From assembly GCA_030390025.1 (NCBI GenBank), contig CM059433.1, positions 4,464,001 to 4,528,000 on the forward strand: 64,000 nt of DNA, given 5' to 3'. The stretch comes from Squalus acanthias (taxonomy: Eukaryota). The position numbers and the translations under genes were made by a program. This document shows, piece by piece, positions 57,495 to 64,000 of this stretch. Under the pieces are notes generated by a model that saw only the letters and a program-made list of their open reading frames with translations, made no database searches and had not been told where the DNA came from. Within the stretch, counting starts at the first letter, position 1; every line of letters begins with the position of its first letter.

Positions 57495-58025
57495 CAAGCT
57501 GTGGTGTATGCATTACTGCCCTGCACAAGCTGTGGTGTATGCATTACTGCCCTGGCGCAAGCTGTGGTGTATGCATTACTGCCTGGCGCAAGCTGTGGTG
57601 TATGCATTACTGCCCTGCGCAAGCTGTGGTGTATGCATTACTGCCCTGCGCAAGCTGTGGTGTATGCATTACTGCCTGGCGCAAGCTGTGGTGTATGCAT
57701 TACTGCCCTGCGCAAGCTGTGGTGTATGCATTACTGCCCTGCACAAGCTGTGGTATATGCATTACTGCCCTGTGCAAGCTGTGGTGTATGCATTACTGCC
57801 CTGCACAAGCTGTGGTAAATGCATTACTGCCCTGCACAAGCTGTGGTATATGCATTACTGCCCTGCGCAAGCTGTGGTGCATGCATTGCTGCGCTGCACA
57901 AGCTGTGGTGTATGCATTACTGCCCTGCGCAAGCTGTGGTGCATGCATTACTGTTCTGCACAAGCTGTGGTGCATGCATTACTGCTCTGCACAAGCTGTG
58001 GTGTATGCATTACTGCTCTGCACAA
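57495..58025 (+). repeat. 31-bp minisatellite, ~17 copies (CAAGCTGTGGTGTATGCATTACTGCCCTGCR)
   Basis: Direct inspection. Confidence 0.97.
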
Positions 58026-58736
58026 AATAGCAAGCAAAAGTAATAGACCAATGATGCGCTGCCACATTGTAAAATTGTTTTACAAGTATTTGGTAGTAAT
58101 GAATAGCAGATTCCTTTGCACAACATCTATTTAAACATGTTCAAATATGATGGTTAATGAAGTTGTCACTTGACATTACTGACAGCACATGGCTCGTTAT
58201 TTTTAGTGATACAAAAAAGAATCTGCAGGTTTATAGAATCACTCACATGTCACCAAAGTAGCTCCACAAATCTCACTAAAAATTCATTTTAGAATGAACT
58301 AAACATTTCTGCAGATTTACAGTGACCTTGCTCACAATTCACTTGAATATCTTTTCTCCGGTAACTCTTCTTTAAGGTCCCTCTTGCTTGCCCACATCAC
58401 AAACTCTAGCTGTGTGAGGTGGTCTCCTCTCAATGCAGCTCAGTTCACTCAGTCAGCTAGTTAGCAGCAAGCGCAAACTCACGCACTGATCTTACCTCTA
58501 ACCATGTGAGGATGCAACCAGCCTCAGCTCTGTTTTCCCTTGACAGCACCCACTCCCTTGCAATGCCAAAATCCACAGCAAAGAGTATTGGAGCATGAAC
58601 ACACTGCACATTCATACTTTCTCCAATTGAATATTTTACTACTAAATTACATGGATTTGTATCTTGGTATTTTGGTCAGACACAGAACTCATTGCTCTCA
58701 ACTCTACATTTGTAGAATTAAAAAAAAACATTCTTA

Positions 58737-58879
58737 AGATAGATAGATTTTTGTTAGGTAAGGGTATCAAGGGATATGGAGCAAAGGCAGGTGAATGGAG
58801 TTGATGTGCAGATCAGCCATGATCTAATTGAATGGCTGAGCAGGCCCAAGGGGCTGAATGGCCTACTCCTGTTCCTATG
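58737..58879 (+). mobile_element. CR1 LINE 3' end
   Basis: GATAGATTTTTGTTAGGTAAGGGTATCAAGGGATATGG...GATCAGCCATGATC...GGCCTACTCCTGTTCCTATG. Confidence 0.9.
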
Positions 58880-58961
58880 ACTCACTGCTAAGCATTTGAC
58901 TCTGACCAGGTGACCTGAGTTTGAACCTGCATTAACTAGCATTCACATTCAAGCTTCCTCT

Positions 58962-59430
58962 GAAAGAAAGACGTTCATTTCTATAGCGCCTTTCACGACC
59001 ACCGGACGTCTCAAAGCACTTTACAGCCAATGAAGTACTTTTGAAGTGTAGTCACTGTTGGAATGTGGGAAACGCGGCAGCCAATTTGCGCACAGCAAGG
59101 TCCCACGAACAGCAATGTGATAATGACCAGATAATCTGTTTTTGTTATGTTGATTGAGGGATAAATATTGGCCAGGACACCGGGGATAACTCCACTGCTC
59201 TTCTTCAAAATAGTGCCCATGGGATCTTTTACTTCCACCTGAGAGAGCAGACGGGGCTTCGGTTTAACGTCTCATCTGAAAGACGGCACCTCCGACAGTG
59301 CAGCACTCCCTCAGCACTGCACTGGAGTGTCAGCCTAGCTTTATGAGCTCAAGTCCCTGGAGTGGGACTTAAACCCACAACCTTCTGGAGTCAGAGTCAA
59401 GTGTGCTACCCACTGAGCCACAGCTAACAC
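58962..59430 (-). mobile_element. DeuSINE (SacSINE1-like), full length
   Basis: Reverse complement of other copies. Confidence 0.93.
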
Positions 59431-59885
59431 CAGGGTGAGGGAGGGTGAGTTATGTCACTGTAGTCCATATCATCTGAACAGAGGAGATAGGTTGGAATGG
59501 GTCTCTTCTGACTGCTAGAATGTATATCCTGGTGGGACACTGAAGTTGTAGAACTCAGTATCTGTAGCTGCAAAGCCCCACGCATTTGGTGAGGATGTCA
59601 CTGTGGATACAAAGGCGTAAATATTAATAATTTGTTTTAAATGTTCTTAATACACTTTGCTAATATCTCGGCTGAACTATGAACTGCTATGTGGAAGATC
59701 TTTGTGTGGCCACTAGAATTATACCAAGAGCTTCTGTGAAATGAAAGAGTATTGAGAAATGGGGCGAAGGTGATCTCTATGCTTTGCCAGCTATCTAACT
59801 GTGGGTGCAGCAGCTGAACATTTTGATTTGTTCCATGCTTCGATGGCTAAATAGTGTGCACACATACAAAGGTGGGTACACTTAC

Positions 59886-59971
59886 CGTGGCACTTCTCCC
59901 GCTGTTACTGAACTTCTTCCAACAGACTTGGGAAATTACATTCGCTTGCTCTGACACCATGAAACTCGGAC
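59886..59971 (-). other. Candidate 86-nt spliced exon
   Basis: Minus strand ctgttaaatcacag|GTCC...GCCACG|gtaagt; one open frame (PSFMVSEQANVISQVCWKKFSNSGRSAT); no homology recognised. Confidence 0.3.
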
Positions 59972-60364
59972 CTGTGATTTAACAGGACAGCCTCCAGCTC
60001 CAAAGTGGTCACCCATCTACGCTGCACCTCCTGCATTAAGACCACCGAGTCATCTGACAAGGAGGGGGTCTTCCCCACTGCCTTCATTGCACAAAGCTAT
60101 GCATGCCCTCTCAAAGCCGATTAATCAACAAACCCAGTGCACTCACCCCTGATGCCCAGCGATAGGCCATTAACAGCTGCTGCTCGCCCAATTTTTGCAG
60201 CTCCCAACCAATCAGATTACAGGCCCAGGGAGCATTTGGAAATTAAGGGGAGTGGCTTATTATACAAAATCACCGTGACCAGCCCACCCAGTTTTGGCAC
60301 AGGTATGTCTGGACCACAGGCAAATGCAGCCCCAAAATTGAGGCTCATGTGTTTGTCTCCTTAA

Positions 60365-60640
60365 GAATGAACCTGTTTTTTATTTAGCACCTTGTCATAT
60401 CTTCAGGACACCCCAAGTCACATTATAACCATTGTCATAGTTGTTACTGTACATAGGCAAACATGGTAGCCAATTTTCACACAGTAAAATCCCACAAAGA
60501 GCAAATGAATGAGTGACGGGATAAACTGTTTAGGTGTTGGTTAAGGGAGAAACATTGACCAAGACACCAGCCGAACGTTCTGACCTTCTTTGAATGGATG
60601 GCAGACAGGGCTTCAGTTTAATATTTTATTCGAAAGACAT
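60365..60640 (-). mobile_element. Highly degenerate DeuSINE copy
   Basis: Diverged blocks GGCAAACATGGTAGCCAATTTTCACACAGTAAAATCCCACAAA and GGCAGACAGGGCTTCAGTTTAATATTTTATTCGAAAGAC. Confidence 0.7.
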
Positions 60641-61368
60641 GGGAGATGCGCATAAATTTGTGGCATAACTGCCAATGTGGTATTTCAGTGAACAGGTCAA
60701 CAACAACAAATTGCATTTATATAGCGCCTTTAACGTAGGCAAAAGGCTTGTGTGAGCACAAACACTGGCACAGACCAGTTGGGCTGAATGGCCTGTTCCT
60801 TTGCTGTAAATTCTATGTAAAGGTCGCCAGGTGCTTCACAGGAGTGTAATCTGATAGCAAGCAGCACCGTCACAGTTATCGATCTACCAGAAGAGGAGAT
60901 TTGGGTCAAGACCTGAGTAGGACTGGAATAAAGAATCCTAAACATATCCGACAAAAAAGACAGGCATAGCTCGGGCCCGTGCGGATTCCCGGAACGACAC
61001 CATTTATTTGGAGGAAGTGAATGGAGTTAAAGGAAATGCTGTTCAATGTAGATACAAGTTCAGCCTGGCAGAGAAGAGTGTGGTGGATGGAGACAGGTTG
61101 GGCTGCAGTTCAAGGATGGTGCAGAGGCCTACAGGTGGTCCTGATGAAGGTGCAGAGAGACTGAATGCCCATAGTTAGGAGACGATTATAGCTAGGAAAC
61201 TGGAATTGGTTAATATGGTGGATGGCGTCAAAAGAATTGCAGATGTAGGTGGGTAGGGACTGATCAAGGGGAGACAAAATGGAGTCAAGATAAGAGGAAA
61301 TAAGTTACTTGGGGCAGGAGCTGTTCTTGAATTTTGGGGAGGCAGTATCAGTGGGCTGGGCGGTGTTG

Positions 61369-63307
61369 TTTTTTTTATATTCGTTCATGGGATGTGGGCA
61401 TCGCCTGGCAAGGCCAGCATTTATTGCCCATCCCTAATTGCCCTTGAGAAGGTGGTGGTGAGCTACCTTCTTGAACAGCTGCAGTCTGTGTGGTGAAGGT
61501 ACTCCCACAGTGCTGTTAGGGAGGGAGTTCCAGGATTTTGACCCAGCGACGATGAAGGATCGGCCGATATACTTCTAAGTCAGTATGGTGTGTGACTTGG
61601 AGGGAAACTTGGAGGTGGTGGTGTTCCCATGTGCCTGCTGCCCTTGTCCTTCTAGGTGGAAGAGGTGGCGGGTTTGGAAGGTGCTGCCGAAGAAGCCTCG
61701 GCGTGTTGCTGCAGTGCATTTTGTAGATTCTTAGGCAGTCCCTCGGAACCGAGGATGACAGGCTTCCACACTAAAAATGAGTTCTCAGGTGACTGATGAG
61801 TCCAATGCGGGACCTACAGTCTCTGTCACAGGTGGGGCAGATGGTGGTTGAAGGGGCGGGTGGGTGGGGTGCTTGGGTTGACGTGCACTCCTTGCGCTGC
61901 CTGCGCTTGGCTTCCGCTTGCTCCCGGCGAACAGACTCGAGGTGTTCGGCGCCTTCCCGGATGCTGCTCCTCCACTTTGTGCAGTCTTGGGCCAGGGATT
62001 CCCAGTTGTCGATGGGGATGTTGCACTTTTTCAAGGAGGCTTTGAGGGTGTCCTTGAAGCCTTTCCTCTGCCCACCTGGGGCTCTCTTGCCGTGTCGGAG
62101 TTCCGAGTAGAGTGCTTGTTTTGGGAGTCTCGTATCGGGCATGCGGACGATGTGGCCCATCCATCGGAGCTGATCGAGCGTGGTCAAAGCTTCGATGCTG
62201 GGAATGTTGGTCTGAGCGAGAACACTGACGTTGGTGCGCCTATCCTGCCAATGGATTTGCAGTATCTTGCGGAGGCAGCATTGGTGGTACCTCTCCAGTG
62301 CTTTGAGGTGCCTGCTGTACATGGTCCATGTCTCTGAAGCATACAGGAGGGCGGGTATCACTGCTGCTCTGTAGACCATGAGCTTGGTGCTGGGTCTGAG
62401 GTCAAGGTCTTCAAACACTCTTAACCTCAGGCGACCGAAGGCTGCACTGGCACACTGAGGCGGTGTTGGACTTCGTCATCAACATCTGCCCTTGTTGACA
62501 GTAGGCTCCCAAGGTATGGAAAGTGGTTCACGTTGTCCAAGGCCTCGTCATGGATTTTGATAATCGGGGAGCAGTACTGCGTGGCAGGGGTACGTTGGTA
62601 GAGGACCTTTGTCTTACGGATGATTAGTGTAAGGCCTATGCTCTCGTACGCTTCAGTGAAGGTGTTGACGATGGTTTGGAGATCGGTCTCAGAGTGTGCG
62701 CAGACGCAAGCGTTGTCTGCATACTGTAATTCGATGACAGAGGATGGGACGACTTTGGATCTGGACTGGAGGCGATGGAGGTTGAACAGTTTCCCATTTC
62801 TTCTGTAGATTAGCTCCACTGCAGCGGGGAGCTTACTGAGGGTGAGATGGAGTATTGCAGCCAGGAAGATCGAGAAGAGCGTTGGTGCGATGACACAGCC
62901 TTGCTTGACCCCGGTCCATATGTGAATTGGGTCTGTGGTGGATCCGTTGGTCAGGATCACGGCTTGCATGTCGTTGTGAAGCAGGCGGAGGATGGTGACA
63001 AACTTTTGAGAGCAGCCGAATTTGAGGAGGACACTCCATAATCCTTCACGGTTGACAGTGTCGAAGGCCTTTGTGAGGTCAAAGAAGGCTATGTACAATG
63101 GTTGGTGCTGTTCCCTGCATTTCTCTTGTTGTTAACGCGTGGTGCGCCTGCTGCCCTTGTCCTTCTAGGTGGAAGAGGTCGCGGGTTTGGGAGGAGCTGC
63201 CGAAGAAGCCTTGGCGAGTTGCTGCAGTGCATCTTGTAGATGGTACACACTGCAGCCACAGTGCGCCGGTGGTGGAGGGAGTGAATGTTTAAGGTGGTGG
63301 ATGGGGT
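61369..63307 (-). mobile_element. CR1/L2-group LINE 3' end with poly(A) tail, in two pieces (63307-63143 and 61728-61369)
   Basis: NIHSLHHRRTVAAVCTIYKMHCSN..PRLLRQHLPNP...SWNSLPN; AATAAA then poly(A) at 61369 on minus; exact clade not determined. Confidence 0.75.
61729..63130 (-). mobile_element. RTE-clade LINE, 5'-truncated, frameshifted
   Basis: YIAFFDLTKAFDTVNREGLW, GVKQGCVIAPTLF, LQYADNA, FPYLGS, LLYASETWT, QLRWMGHIVRM, C-terminal CPTC...HLRTH; frameshift near 62440. Confidence 0.93.
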
Positions 63308-64000
63308 TGTGGGATTATGAAGTTGGAGACCATGGAAGGAAGATCTCTAGAGCAGATGAAGTCAGTGATGGTCTGGGAGATGATGGTCTGGTGTTCAGTA
63401 GTGGGGTCATAGTTCAGGGGGAGGTAGGAGAAGGTCCTTCCGCCACACGACAACAGTGCCTCCCTTGTCAGGAGGTTTGATAATGATGTCAGATTTGGAT
63501 CTGTCAACCTGTTCCACATTTATTACTAACCAATTCCAGGTATGTACAGAACTTCACAGCTCTTTTATTGCTCAACATGCATACTCACATTCCAGCAGGG
63601 AACAGGTACAAGCTTCAGCTTACAACGGACACCAATGACATACTCACATCTTCACAGGACTGGTATGCATAAAATTGTTGCAACACAACCGACCAACATT
63701 ATGCATGGCCATTTATTGGCATTAAGGATTGCCACATGCCTGCCATTAATAACCCATCTATGTTGGGAAATGCACCAGTGTTGGGCAGCCATGCAATGTT
63801 GCTGTTGCTGCAAGTGCAGCGAATCCCTATCCTGGCTTGGAAGGAGGTAGAGGTAAAAATAAAGTTGTGAGATGACCTTCACTGCTACTGGTCAAGCCAC
63901 CCCTAGGGTGTAGGCTTACTTCGGGTATCCTTGCAGCAGATAGCATTGATCTGTCCCCCAATCCCCTTCTCATATACCATTAGTTGGTAAAGGGAAGGGA

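Larger units (their letters stand above)
60900..63505 (-). mobile_element. Penelope-like element RT relic in two pieces (63505-63302 and 61368-60900)
   Basis: RSKSDIIIKPPDKGG..., SYLPLNYDPTTEHQTIISQTITD..., then LPKI, LISSYLDSILSPL.QSLPTYI, AELVSTLNSISFNSIHFLQINGV, GPSYACLF. Confidence 0.8.

Noticed and set aside
57454..58134. Cys-rich repeat ORFs
   Set aside because: 31-bp unit cycles through all frames; minisatellite artefact

Overview
Vertebrate genomic DNA, almost certainly from a cartilaginous fish (shark). It carries Deu-domain tRNA SINEs of the SacSINE1 type, several CR1 3' ends, L2, RTE and Penelope-like retroelements, and PIF/Harbinger relics and MITEs. No intact host protein-coding gene can be recognised: the window looks intronic or intergenic, with a few weak candidate exons around 53-60 kb. 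The dominant feature is a ~28.6 kb (TG)n-derived compound array (10725-39306). Rare marker variants show it is built from kilobase-scale higher-order duplications (~0.97, 1.84, 2.6, 3.37 and ~5.0 kb). Its giant His/Thr ORFs are a by-product of composition. Other notable structure: a spliced Harbinger Myb/SANT pseudogene and a separate HARBI1-like transposase pseudogene; three minisatellites, one with a constant-plus-variable 27-bp unit; a three-level nested insertion (Penelope > CR1-like > RTE) with a 99-bp flanking duplication; and an exact 26-bp locally templated insertion inside a SINE. I find no convincing evidence for a new coding system. The best leads are structural.
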